The notes below the pieces were generated by a model, which was not told where the DNA came from, did not search any database, and saw only the letters and a list, made by a program, of their open reading frames with translations. The position numbers and the translations under genes were made by a program. A stretch of DNA of 64,000 bases from Candidatus Latescibacterota bacterium (lineage in GTDB: Bacteria; Latescibacterota; UBA2968; UBA8231): positions 928,001 through 992,000 of the forward strand of contig CBDCDC010000001.1 in NCBI GenBank assembly GCA_965215195.1, given 5' to 3'. How positions within the stretch are numbered: the first letter of the stretch is position 1; each line of letters begins with the position of its first letter. Of the stretch, positions 16,785 through 25,977 are shown in pieces.

Positions 16785-18237
16785 CGAGCACCTGCTCTAG
16801 CCGCTGGCAAAGCGTCTTGATGACCTTGAGGCGGGCGAAGCGCTTGTCGTTGCCCTCCACCAAGGTCCAAGGCGCGGCCGGGGTGTTCGTGCGAGCTACC
16901 ACGTCGTCCACAGCGGCCTCGTACTCGTCCCATTTCTCTCGGTTGCGCCAGTCTTCGTCGGTGATCTTCCAGCGCTTGTGCGGGGTCGCTTGACGCGCCT
17001 TGAAGCGCCGGAGTTGCTCGTCCTTGTCTATGTGAATCCAGTATTTGGCCACCACCGTGCCGTGGTCTGTTAGCTGCTCTTCAAAATCGTTGATCTCGCC
17101 GTACGCCCGCTGCCAAGCCGCTTCGTCGGCAAAGCCCTCGACGCGCTCGACCAGCACCCGGCCATACCAACTGCGGTCGAAAATCGCCATCCGACCTGCG
17201 CGCGGCAGGTGGCGCCAGAAGCGCCAGAGATAGTGTTGGGCGTGTTCCTCGTCCGTGGGGGCGGCGATCGGGATGATCTGATAGGTACAGGCGTTGAGGG
17301 CGGCAGTCAGGCGCTGGATGATTCCGCCCTTGCCCGCTGCATCGGCTCCCTCGAAAACCAAGACGGTCGAAACGCCTTTGCGGCGCGCCTGCTGGGTCAA
17401 GCGATAGAGCCGGCCTTGGTATCGCTCTAGCAGGGCTCGGTACTCCTGCTTGGACGCCCGCTTTTCCATGTCCAACTGGGTCCGCACTTGCGGCGCGGGC
17501 GGCCAGTCCGCAGCAACCAGCTTGGGGCGACTCTTTTGGGCCAAGCGCTGGCGGATGGCGTCGCGCACGGCGCGGCCCAACACCAACGTGTAGTGCGGGT
17601 GGCTGCCCGCGACGACCTGCCAATGAGCGCCGTTGACGTTGGTCTTGTGCAGTAAGCGGTCGGCGGCCCGTTTGAACTCGTCGTAGTACTTCAAGCCCTC
17701 TCTTGCGCCCGCGGTCACCCGCCAGCGGGTCAAGGGGTTTTGCTCCAAGGCCGCAATGCGCTTCTGCCGCACCTCTTTGTCCAAGTGAATCCACAACTTG
17801 ATCAACAGCGCACCATCGACGACGAGCGCGTTTTCAAAGGCCGCGATGCGGTCGCCATCGCAGTCAAAGGCCGCCTCATCGCTGCGCCCATGCGCTAGGT
17901 CGCGCAGCGGGCGGTCGTACCAGCCGTTCAAGTAGATGCCGATTGTTCCCTTCGGCGGCAGGGAGAGCCAATAGCGCCAGTATTCCGGGCGCTCGCGCTC
18001 CTCGGCGGACGGCGGTTCAAAGGCGCAAACCGCGACGCGGCGCGAGTCCATCCACTGCCTGAGCACGTTGCTCGCCTCGCTCGTACCAGTGCCGGCAAAA
18101 CCACCCACGACGATAAGAGTTGGAAACTGAGCTTGCTGCAACCGCTCTTGAGCCGCGAGCAGTTCCGTGCGCAGCTTGGCTTCGAGCTTCTTGTGTCGGC
18201 CGTTTGGAACGCTGCGCTCCAATTCGTTAGTTGCCAT
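16774..18237 (-). CDS. pap: Polyphosphate:AMP phosphotransferase (two-domain PPK2)
   Basis: Duplicated PPK2 domains; EGADAAGKGG, YLWRFWRHLP, FDRSWYGRVLVERVEG and WKITDEDWRNR motifs. Confidence 0.9.
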   Translation of the reverse strand: MATNELERSVPNGRHKKLEAKLRTELLAAQERLQQAQFPTLIVVGGFAGTGTSEASNVLRQWMDSRRVAVCAFEPPSAEERERPEYWRYWLSLPPKGTIGIYLNGWYDRPLRDLAHGRSDEAAFDCDGDRIAAFENALVVDGALLIKLWIHLDKEVRQKRIAALEQNPLTRWRVTAGAREGLKYYDEFKRAADRLLHKTNVNGAHWQVVAGSHPHYTLVLGRAVRDAIRQRLAQKSRPKLVAADWPPAPQVRTQLDMEKRASKQEYRALLERYQGRLYRLTQQARRKGVSTVLVFEGADAAGKGGIIQRLTAALNACTYQIIPIAAPTDEEHAQHYLWRFWRHLPRAGRMAIFDRSWYGRVLVERVEGFADEAAWQRAYGEINDFEEQLTDHGTVVAKYWIHIDKDEQLRRFKARQATPHKRWKITDEDWRNREKWDEYEAAVDDVVARTNTPAAPWTLVEGNDKRFARLKVIKTLCQRLEQVLASG

Positions 18238-18372
18238 GGAAAGCCTCTCTCCCTTACGAAAAATAGTGAAAAAATCACCGCGGATGTCCAGTCCGCAATC
18301 CGCAACGCACCAATTGCCGACCCCCGGGCAAAGCCGTAGATTTTTGTACCCTTTGGCAAAGGAGCCTTTGGC

Positions 18373-19623
18373 ATGGAAGTACTCGGTGGTCCGCTTTTTG
18401 GCGTTGCCGGAGCAGGAGAATCGCACGGCCCGGCCATTGTCACCACGGTCTTCGGCTGTCCCCCCGGCCTGTGGGTGGAGCGCGCCCAGATCCAGCACTA
18501 TCTCGACCGCCGCCGCCCCGGCGGCAACAAGCTGGGCACTCCCCGGCGAGAAGACGACCGGGTCGCCCTGCTGGCCGGCCTCTACTCAGAAGATCACGAC
18601 CAGCTCCTATCTGGCCCGGCCCTGCACTTGCACCTAGGCGAGGGCGAGACGCCGGTGCGAACCTATGAGGCCGGCTTCACTACGGGCGAGCCTATCGCCG
18701 CGGCCGTGCTCTCGGCCGCCAAGCGCTCGGGCGATTACAGGCAGTTCGCCGGGCCGCAGGGCCACGTCCGCCCCGGGCATACGGACCTCGTCAAGCACTA
18801 CAAATCGCGGGGGTTTGTCGATGGGCGCGGCGGCGGGCGTTCGAGCTATCGCTCGACCATCTCCGATGTCATCGGCGGCACCATCGCCCGCCTCTATCTG
18901 GCCAAACACTTCGGCACGGCCATTTTCTCTTCGATCTGCCAAGTCGGGCCGCTGGAGACGGGCATTTCCCTAGCGGCACGAGTCGCCGAACTAGTCGCCA
19001 AGGCCAACGGGCAGCCCTTGTCTCCCGCAGCGTGTGCCGCGCTCGAAGGCGAGCTGGAGCGCGGGCCGCTCCGCGCGGTGGATGCGGATTTCGCTCGCCA
19101 AGCGGCCGAACTGATTGCCAAGACCCGCAAGGACCAGGACTCCATCGGCGCCGCACTCGAAGTAGTGGCCGTCAACGTGCCCCCCCTCGTCGGCGAACCC
19201 CTGTACCAAAGCCTGAAGTTGCGCCTGATGGGCAGTCTCGGCGGCCTGCACGCCGTGCAAGCCTGCGAAATAGGCACTGGTCGTTCTGCCGCGGCGCACC
19301 GAGGCAGCGAGCACAACGATCCGATCCGCAAAGACGGGTACCAGAGCAACAGCCACGGCGGCCTGCTCGGCGGCGTGACGACCGGTATGCCGCTGGTGTG
19401 CCGCCTGAGTTTCAAGCCCACGGCCACCATCGCCCGGCCGCAAAATTCCGTGCGCAAGGACCTCCGAGAAATTGAGTTCCAGCTCGCCAAGGGCCGCCAC
19501 GATCCCTGTGTGGGAGTGCGCGCTGGTGCGACCCTAGAGTCGCGGCTGGCCATCGAGCTGATGAACGCCGTGCTCGCGCACCAAGCGCGCTGCATGGATG
19601 CGGGGAATTTCAAACTTTTCTAA
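18373..19623 (+). CDS. aroC: Chorismate synthase
   Basis: GESHG, RRRPG, RPGHTD, GGGRSS.R, GG.LGG.TTG, FKPT and GRHDPCV signatures. Confidence 0.92.
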   Translation: MEVLGGPLFGVAGAGESHGPAIVTTVFGCPPGLWVERAQIQHYLDRRRPGGNKLGTPRREDDRVALLAGLYSEDHDQLLSGPALHLHLGEGETPVRTYEAGFTTGEPIAAAVLSAAKRSGDYRQFAGPQGHVRPGHTDLVKHYKSRGFVDGRGGGRSSYRSTISDVIGGTIARLYLAKHFGTAIFSSICQVGPLETGISLAARVAELVAKANGQPLSPAACAALEGELERGPLRAVDADFARQAAELIAKTRKDQDSIGAALEVVAVNVPPLVGEPLYQSLKLRLMGSLGGLHAVQACEIGTGRSAAAHRGSEHNDPIRKDGYQSNSHGGLLGGVTTGMPLVCRLSFKPTATIARPQNSVRKDLREIEFQLAKGRHDPCVGVRAGATLESRLAIELMNAVLAHQARCMDAGNFKLF

Positions 19624-20669
19624 TCTAGCGCCGGCATCTCCACGCCCAGTTCCGCCGCCACTGCGCCCATTTCATTCCAAGTGGGGTGGGGCAAATCAAT
19701 GCCTTCGACCAGCAGCCGCGCCCTAGTCTTCTGTTCGAGTTCGCCGGGCGCATAGACTTGCTCAAACCCGGGCAAGGGACGAGCCGAGCACACCCACTTG
19801 GCCATCTCTTCGACTTCGCGCTCGTACGAGTCCAAGTCGATAAAGTCCTCGATATTGATCGCCAGAACCATGATCCCGTTACCGCCGTTGCCGCCTTCTT
19901 TGGTGCAGCCAGCATGAGAGAGCGGCCCCACCAACATTTCCACCATCATCGCCAATCCACAGCCCTTGTGGCCAAACTGTAGGCCGCCCAACGGCAAGAC
20001 GCCCGTGCCCTCGGCGTCGTCTAAATAGCGCTGGGCGTCGGTGACGGGCTGGCCTTCCCGATCTATAACCCAACCTTCGGGCATTGGCTCCTCGCGAATG
20101 TTCTTCTGCACGATTTTGCCGCCGGCCACGACGGTCATGGTCATATCGAGCATGAAAGGCGGACCCTGTTGGCGCGGGGCGGAAAAGGCGATCGGCTCGG
20201 GACGCAGGCGGCGATCGGCCGAGCCAAAGGGCGCGAGGAAGAGGCCACCGCCATTGAGCCAAACCATGCCGATCATGCCCTTTGCGGCAATCCGCGGTGG
20301 ATAGTCGCCGAGGCGGCAGATATGGCTGACGTGGTTGAGGCCGACGAAGCCGAAGGTGGAGTTTTGGGCTTTTTCAACGGCAATGTCGAGGGCGCGATTG
20401 ACGGCGACGATGCCGTTGGCGCCCTTGCCGTTGATGACCCTGAGCACTGGGGTGTCGCGCACGACTTGGGTCTCTTCCCAGCGGACGTAGTTGTTCTGCA
20501 TACTGCGGGCGTAGTTGGGGACTAGCCAAGTGCCGTGGGAGTCGTGGCCGTGGAGGTGGCTTTCGACGACGTGGTCGGCGACGATGCGAGCGTCATCTGC
20601 GGGAATACCAGTAGCGGCAAAAATGCGATAGCAGAGGTCGTTGAGGACGTCGTGTTGGACTACGGGCAT
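19620..20669 (-). CDS. Ldh_2 family (type 2 malate/L-lactate-like) oxidoreductase
   Basis: GHDSHG, SH..RLGDY, LDMTMT, LPLGG...HKG.GL and PGE motifs. Confidence 0.88.
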   Translation of the reverse strand: MPVVQHDVLNDLCYRIFAATGIPADDARIVADHVVESHLHGHDSHGTWLVPNYARSMQNNYVRWEETQVVRDTPVLRVINGKGANGIVAVNRALDIAVEKAQNSTFGFVGLNHVSHICRLGDYPPRIAAKGMIGMVWLNGGGLFLAPFGSADRRLRPEPIAFSAPRQQGPPFMLDMTMTVVAGGKIVQKNIREEPMPEGWVIDREGQPVTDAQRYLDDAEGTGVLPLGGLQFGHKGCGLAMMVEMLVGPLSHAGCTKEGGNGGNGIMVLAINIEDFIDLDSYEREVEEMAKWVCSARPLPGFEQVYAPGELEQKTRARLLVEGIDLPHPTWNEMGAVAAELGVEMPALD

Positions 20670-20683
20670 GAGGAGTCCTTTTG

Positions 20684-21766
20684 CTAGGAAGTGTGCGCTT
20701 CCATCAGTTCGGCGAAGTAGCTAAATAGGTGGAAGCTATCGTGCGGGCCGGGCGAGGCCTCCGGGTGGCACTGGATAGAAAAAATGGGCAACTCTCGGTG
20801 GTGTAGGCCCTCAACGCAATTGTCGTTGAGGTTGAGGCGAGTGATTTCGAGGCAACTTGGCAACGAGTCGGCTGCAATGCCCCAGCCGTGGTTTTCAGAA
20901 GTGATCAGAATCCGGTCGCTGGCGCGTTCCTTGATCGGCTGATTGGCCCCACGGTGCCCGAATTTGAGGCGGTAGATTTCCGCGCCAAAGGCCAAGCCGA
21001 GAATCTCGTGCCCCAAGCAGATGCCGAAAATTGGCTTTTGGCCGATGAGGCCCTTACAAGTCGCGATCGCGTAGTCGAGGGGCCGGGGGTCGCCCGGGCC
21101 GTTGGAGAGAAAGACGCCGTCCGGCTCCAAGGCCAAGATCTCGTCGGCCGTGGTCTTGGCCGGCACGACCGTCACCTTGCATCCTGCGGCGACCAAGCAG
21201 CGGACGATGTTGCGCTTGATCCCGTAGTCTAGGGCGACGACGTGGAAGCGCGGGGCTTTGGGGCTTGCGACATAGGGCGCAGAGCAGCTAACCGCGGCGA
21301 CCATGTCCACACCAGTGAGCCCGGGCCAAGCGCGCGCCTTTTCGACTAAGCTGTGCGGGTCTAGATCTGTGGTGGAAATGGCGGCGTCCATCACGCCCTT
21401 GATGCGCACTCTGCGGGTCAGCTCGCGGGTGTCAATGCCCTCGATGCCGAGAACGCCGTGCTCTTCGAGGTACGCGGGCAAACTCTGGTGCGCGCGCCAG
21501 CTACTCGGCAGGCGGCAGCACTCCTTCATCAGGAAGCCGCGCACTTGGGGCCTCGCCGATTCATCGTCTTCGGGCGCGACTCCGTAGTTGCCTATAAGGG
21601 GGTACGTCATGGTGACGATCTGGCCGGCATAGGAGGGGTCCGTGAGAATTTCCTGATAGCCGGTCATGCTGGTATTGAAAACCATTTCGCCGAGGCACTC
21701 ACCCCCGCGGCCAAGGGCACGGCCCTCAAAGACGGTGCCGTCCGCGAGCGCAACGAGTGCTTTCAT
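20684..21766 (-). CDS. carA: Carbamoyl-phosphate synthase small subunit
   Basis: GEMVFNTSMTGYQE.LTDPSY, LSNGPGDP, FGICLGH and HPEASPGPHD motifs. Confidence 0.96.
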   Translation of the reverse strand: MKALVALADGTVFEGRALGRGGECLGEMVFNTSMTGYQEILTDPSYAGQIVTMTYPLIGNYGVAPEDDESARPQVRGFLMKECCRLPSSWRAHQSLPAYLEEHGVLGIEGIDTRELTRRVRIKGVMDAAISTTDLDPHSLVEKARAWPGLTGVDMVAAVSCSAPYVASPKAPRFHVVALDYGIKRNIVRCLVAAGCKVTVVPAKTTADEILALEPDGVFLSNGPGDPRPLDYAIATCKGLIGQKPIFGICLGHEILGLAFGAEIYRLKFGHRGANQPIKERASDRILITSENHGWGIAADSLPSCLEITRLNLNDNCVEGLHHRELPIFSIQCHPEASPGPHDSFHLFSYFAELMEAHTS

Positions 21767-21845
21767 CGTCCGTAGGTACTCCTTTTGAGAGGGTTTAATA
21801 GCGAGTAAAAATTTAGAAAAAAAAAGACGCGGTGAACAGGCGGCC

Positions 21846-22967
21846 TCATTCCGGTGCTGAGTCGGTCAGATCTTGGCGCTCCTGTCGCGCGTGCTCCTGC
21901 ATGTCGATGGCCGGATCGGATTCGTCGACGATTTCTTGGCCGACGATTTCTTCAATCACGTCCTCTAAGGTGACGATGCCGGCGAAACCGCCGTATTCAT
22001 CGACGACGGCAAAAAGGTGCGCGCGCCGCTGGATGAATTCTTCGAGCAGGCGGCTAGCCCGCGCCGACTCGGGCACCGAATGGATGGAGAGTCCTACCTC
22101 GAAGAGCTTGGCTTGGTCGCGGCCATCGGCCAAGGCGCTGAATACATCGCGCAGCAACACCAAGCCGACGATGTTTTCTCGCTTTCCCCGATAGAGGGGC
22201 ACCCGGCTGTGGGACCAGCTACCGGACTGCTGGCGGGCCTCGGCCAAGGTCAAGTCGCGGTCGAGGCAGTGTACTACTGTGCGCGGGGTCATAATATCGC
22301 GCGCCCGCAACTCGTTGAGCTTGAGGATGTTTTGGATGACGCGCTCTTGGTCGGGCGATATGGCGCCCGAGCGGCGGCTCATCTGAGCGGTAATTTCAAT
22401 CTCTTCCGGTGCCACCAGCGGCACGTCTGGAGCCCCGGCTGTGATGATCCGCACAATGAATTCGTTGAGCCAGATAAAGGGCGTAAACAGCCACACCAGC
22501 CATTGGATCGGGTGGGCGATCAACCGAGCCAAGGACCGGGCGTACACCACGCCCACCGTCTTGGGGAGGATCTCCGTAAAGATGAGTACTGCCAGCGAGA
22601 AGGCGATAGTGAAGTACGTCTCCGGCGTCTGCGGGAACACTCCGACAAAGGCGGCACCCGCGATGGTGGCACCGCCGGTATGAGCCAAGGTGTTCAGCGT
22701 GAGAATGGCCGAGATGGGGCGCTGGATATCCGCGTACAAGCTCTTGAGAATTTTGCCCGAAGTGCGCCCTTGGCTGGCCAGCATTTCGATCTGACTGGCT
22801 GGCAGCGAGTAGAGCGCGGCTTCCAAGAGCGAACAAACACAGGATACGACGAGGACGATGCTGACAGCTAGAATCAGCGCAAAGTAAGAGGAATCGCCCT
22901 CTATGGATGTTGGGTGGGGAAGGTGGCCGACGCTAGTGGCTAAAATCAACTCAAAGTCAGGAGACAT
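21846..22967 (-). CDS. CNNM/DUF21 + CBS-domain membrane protein (CorB/HlyC-like)
   Basis: CSLLEAAL, AILTLNT.A, EILPKT, DIMTPR, HSRVP and VVDEYGG..GIVTLEDVIEEIVG motifs. Confidence 0.9.
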   Translation of the reverse strand: MSPDFELILATSVGHLPHPTSIEGDSSYFALILAVSIVLVVSCVCSLLEAALYSLPASQIEMLASQGRTSGKILKSLYADIQRPISAILTLNTLAHTGGATIAGAAFVGVFPQTPETYFTIAFSLAVLIFTEILPKTVGVVYARSLARLIAHPIQWLVWLFTPFIWLNEFIVRIITAGAPDVPLVAPEEIEITAQMSRRSGAISPDQERVIQNILKLNELRARDIMTPRTVVHCLDRDLTLAEARQQSGSWSHSRVPLYRGKRENIVGLVLLRDVFSALADGRDQAKLFEVGLSIHSVPESARASRLLEEFIQRRAHLFAVVDEYGGFAGIVTLEDVIEEIVGQEIVDESDPAIDMQEHARQERQDLTDSAPE

Positions 22968-22984
22968 AGACGCGAGGGCAATTT

Positions 22985-23020
22985 AACAAAGAGAGGGACT
23001 CCCCGCCGGGAATCCCTCTC
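22985..23020 (-). terminator. Intrinsic terminator downstream of the SWIB gene
   Basis: Minus-strand hairpin GAGAGGGATTCCC..GGGAGTCCCTCTC followed by TTTGTT. Confidence 0.65.
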
Positions 23021-23057
23021 CAATGGCACTGAGCTATAACGCCTTGCTCAGGAGTAG

Positions 23058-23519
23058 CTATTCCACGTGCTTACTAACCAGTTTGGTCAGCTCAAACATG
23101 CTCACTTGCCCCGCGTCGCCGAAGATGGCTTGGAGCTTGTCGTCGGCATTGATCATGCGCTTGTTTTGCTCGTCTTGCAGGCCATTCTTCTTGATGTACG
23201 CCCAGATTTTCTTGGTGATCTGAGTGCGCGGCAATGGCTTGTTGCCGACTATGGCCCCGAGGGCGTCGTCGGGCTGCAAGGGCCTCATAAAGGCGGGATT
23301 GGGCTTGCGCTTCGCCTTTTTCTTGGCAGCGGGTTTCTTCTTGGCGGCGGGTTTCTTGGCGGCGGGTTTCTTGGCAGCGGCTTTCTTAGGAACGGCCTTC
23401 TTGGCGGTAGCCTTCTTAGGAGCAGCCTTCTTGGCGGCGGCCTTCTTAGGAACGGCCTTCTTGGCGGTAGCCTTCTTAGCGGCGGGTTTCTTCTTGGCAA
23501 CAGGTTTTTTCTTCGCCAT
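23058..23519 (-). CDS. SWIB/MDM2-domain protein with histone H1-like Lys/Ala/Pro-rich N-terminus
   Basis: About 13 KK-x-x-x pentapeptide repeats, then PNPAFMRPL...LPRTQITKKIWAYIKKNGLQD..NKRMINADDKL...VSMFELTKLVSKH. Confidence 0.9.
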   Translation of the reverse strand: MAKKKPVAKKKPAAKKATAKKAVPKKAAAKKAAPKKATAKKAVPKKAAAKKPAAKKPAAKKKPAAKKKAKRKPNPAFMRPLQPDDALGAIVGNKPLPRTQITKKIWAYIKKNGLQDEQNKRMINADDKLQAIFGDAGQVSMFELTKLVSKHVE

Positions 23520-23642
23520 GCGAAATTCTCCTTTGGCTGATAGGGGTAACACCCGCAAAAGGGGGTTGAGAATTTGGCTTCTCGGCCTCTTCGGCCTCGT
23601 GCAGGTTAAGGCCGATTCTACCCGCTTTGTAAAACTACAATC

Positions 23643-23670
23643 AATATAGTACGAGGGCAGTATAAGTCAA
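23643..23670 (-). promoter_or_regulatory. Candidate sigma70 promoter of the SWIB gene
   Basis: Minus strand TTGACT-N16-TATATT. Confidence 0.45.
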
Positions 23671-23791
23671 GCAAAAATGTAGCTTTTTCATAGGAGAAAA
23701 CGCCTTCACTAAGGGCGTTTGACATAGTTTGCTAAAACGGCCATTTTAATTTTGCGCTTGGGATTTGTCGCATTTCGCAGCCTAAAAATTG

Positions 23792-24598
23792 ATGATCGAA
23801 AAGAGCAAATTGGGGTTTGTGGGCACCGGCAATATGGGGCGGGCGCTGATTGAGGGTTTGGTTGGCCAGCTTCCTGCGGGTCAGATAACCGCGGCCGACA
23901 TTAGGCCGGAAGCTCTCGCAGGCTTGTCGGCGTTGGGCGTCCACACCAGCACCGACGCCGCAGATGCCGTCCGCGGTCAGGACTTGGTAGTGTTGATGCT
24001 CAAGCCGCAAGTGGCCGCTCCGGTATTGCAGGCGCTGGTCGCGCACTTCAGCACCCAGCAGGTCGTCGTCTCGCTCATGGCTGGCATATCGACCGCCCGG
24101 CTCGAAGAGCTACTGCCCGCGCAAATGCCCGTGGTGCGCGTCATGCCGCAGACGCTGGTGAGGATTCGGGATGCGGCTTGCGCCCTTTGCGCCGGGCGCG
24201 CTGCCAGTGCCGAGCAGGTGGCGCAAGTGCGATCTCTCTTCGACTTGGTCGGCGCGACGGTCGAGGTCGCCGAAAACCTCATGGACGCCGTTACCGGGCT
24301 TTCCGGCAGCGGCCCGGCTTGGGCTTACACGGTCGTCGAGGCCCTCGTCGACGGCGGCGTACGCGCCGGCTTGCCGCGCGAAACCGCATTGACACTCGCC
24401 GCGCAAACCCTGCTCGGTGCCGCGCGCCTCGTGCTCGCAAGTGGCGAGCATCCAGCCGTGCTCAGGGACCAAGTTACTTCGCCGGGCGGCACGACGGCCG
24501 CAGGGCTGCACAAGCTAGAAGAAAAGGGCCTGCGCGACGCCCTGATCAGCGCCGTGCTGGCCGCCGCCGAGCGCTCGGCCGAGTTGGGGCAGTCGTGA
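23792..24598 (+). CDS. proC: Pyrroline-5-carboxylate reductase
   Basis: GFVGTGNMG, VVRVMP, TGLSGSGPA and VTSPGGTT motifs. Confidence 0.95.
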   Translation: MIEKSKLGFVGTGNMGRALIEGLVGQLPAGQITAADIRPEALAGLSALGVHTSTDAADAVRGQDLVVLMLKPQVAAPVLQALVAHFSTQQVVVSLMAGISTARLEELLPAQMPVVRVMPQTLVRIRDAACALCAGRAASAEQVAQVRSLFDLVGATVEVAENLMDAVTGLSGSGPAWAYTVVEALVDGGVRAGLPRETALTLAAQTLLGAARLVLASGEHPAVLRDQVTSPGGTTAAGLHKLEEKGLRDALISAVLAAAERSAELGQS

Positions 24599-25197
24599 TC
24601 GCGGTCATCGACTACGGCATGGGCAATTTGCGCAGCGTGCAGAAAGCCTTCGAATTCCTCGGTTATGAAGCCGAGATCGTCGAAGCCCCCGACCGCCTAT
24701 GTGCGGCCACGCATCTCGTATTGCCCGGGGACGCGGCCTTTGGCGACGCCATGCACAACTTGCAGGCCGCCGGTTGGGATGCGGCCATTGCCGAGGGCCT
24801 CGCGGCCGACAAACCCTTCTTGGGCATCTGCGTGGGGTTACAACTCATGTTCGAGGAAAGCGAGGAAATGGGAAGGCATCGCGGCCTCGGAATCCTGCCG
24901 GGGAAATGCGTGCGCTTCCCCCCTGCCGAGCGGGTGCCACACATCGGCTGGAACCAAATCGCCATCCAGCGCAAGGTCTCGCTCTTAGAGGGCGTACCCG
25001 AAGGGAGTTTTTTTTACTTTGTGCATTCGTACTACGTGGTAAACGAAAACAAAGGCGATTGCGTCGCCACCACCAACTACGGGATTGACTACACCTCAGT
25101 CGCCGGGAACGGCCGCGTCTTTGGCGTGCAATTTCATCCAGAAAAGAGCCAAGTCTATGGCTTGCGCCTCCTCGACAACTTCGCGCACCTGCGCTAG
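24595..25197 (+). CDS. hisH: Imidazole glycerol phosphate synthase, glutaminase subunit
   Basis: IDYGMGNLRSV, LGICVGLQ, VPHIGWN, YFVHSY and QFHPEKS motifs; GTG overlaps the proC stop. Confidence 0.95.
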   Translation: MIAVIDYGMGNLRSVQKAFEFLGYEAEIVEAPDRLCAATHLVLPGDAAFGDAMHNLQAAGWDAAIAEGLAADKPFLGICVGLQLMFEESEEMGRHRGLGILPGKCVRFPPAERVPHIGWNQIAIQRKVSLLEGVPEGSFFYFVHSYYVVNENKGDCVATTNYGIDYTSVAGNGRVFGVQFHPEKSQVYGLRLLDNFAHLR

Positions 25198-25203
25198 AGA
25201 AAT

Positions 25204-25977
25204 ATGCTCGCCAAGCGAATCATTCCCTGTCTAGATGTCAAGAATGGCCGCAACGTGCGCGGGGTGCGCTTTTCGGCCGATCGCGACGCCGGCGATCCCG
25301 TCGAGCTAGCTGCGCGCTACGACGCCGAAGGCGCAGACGAGCTCGTCTTCTACGACATCACTGCTTCAGCCGATGGCCGCGCCATTGTCATGGACCTCGT
25401 GCGCCAAGTCTCCGAGCGGGTCTTCATTCCCCTGATGGTCGGCGGCGGCATTCGCACCTTCGCGGACGTGCGCCACATTCTCAAGACCGGTGCCGACAAG
25501 GTCTCGATCAACTCGGCCCATGTGTATTCGCCGGAAATCATCAACCAAAGCGCGGAAAGCTTTGGCTCGCAGTGCATTGTCGCAGCTATCGACGCGCTTA
25601 GGCGTCCGACCGCACCCGGCCAGCCGCTGTCGTGGGAGCTATACATCAACGGGGGGCGCAAAGCCACTGGCATCGACGCCCTAGAGTGGGTGGAGGCCCT
25701 CGTCGATCGCGGGGCGGGCGAGTTGGTGCTCAACAGCATCGACGCCGACGGGACGCGCGCCGGGTACGACCTCGCGCTAAACCAAGCAGTGGCGCGCCGC
25801 GTGGATGTGCCCATCGTCGCCTCGGGCGGTGCCGGCAACCTCGACCACATCCACGAGGTGTTAACCGCCGGCGAGGCCAGCGCCGCGCTGGCGGCCTCCA
25901 TCTTCCACTTCCAGCATTACTCAATTCCCCAAGTTAAGAGCTTTCTGCGCGAGCGCGGGGTAATGGTGCGCCAGTGA
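25204..25977 (+). CDS. hisF: Imidazole glycerol phosphate synthase, cyclase subunit
   Basis: MLAKRIIPCLDV, GADELVF.DITAS, GADKVSINS and ASGGAG motifs. Confidence 0.96.
   Translation: MLAKRIIPCLDVKNGRNVRGVRFSADRDAGDPVELAARYDAEGADELVFYDITASADGRAIVMDLVRQVSERVFIPLMVGGGIRTFADVRHILKTGADKVSINSAHVYSPEIINQSAESFGSQCIVAAIDALRRPTAPGQPLSWELYINGGRKATGIDALEWVEALVDRGAGELVLNSIDADGTRAGYDLALNQAVARRVDVPIVASGGAGNLDHIHEVLTAGEASAALAASIFHFQHYSIPQVKSFLRERGVMVRQ

Noticed and set aside
17560-18237. Degenerate Walker A in the first PPK2 domain of Pap
   Set aside because: A divergent N-terminal domain is a known property of two-domain PPK2/Pap enzymes.
23310-23515. Tandem 15-bp repeats that might look like a CRISPR or satellite array
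   Set aside because: In-frame coding repeats of the Lys/Ala-rich tail, with no unique spacers and no cas genes.
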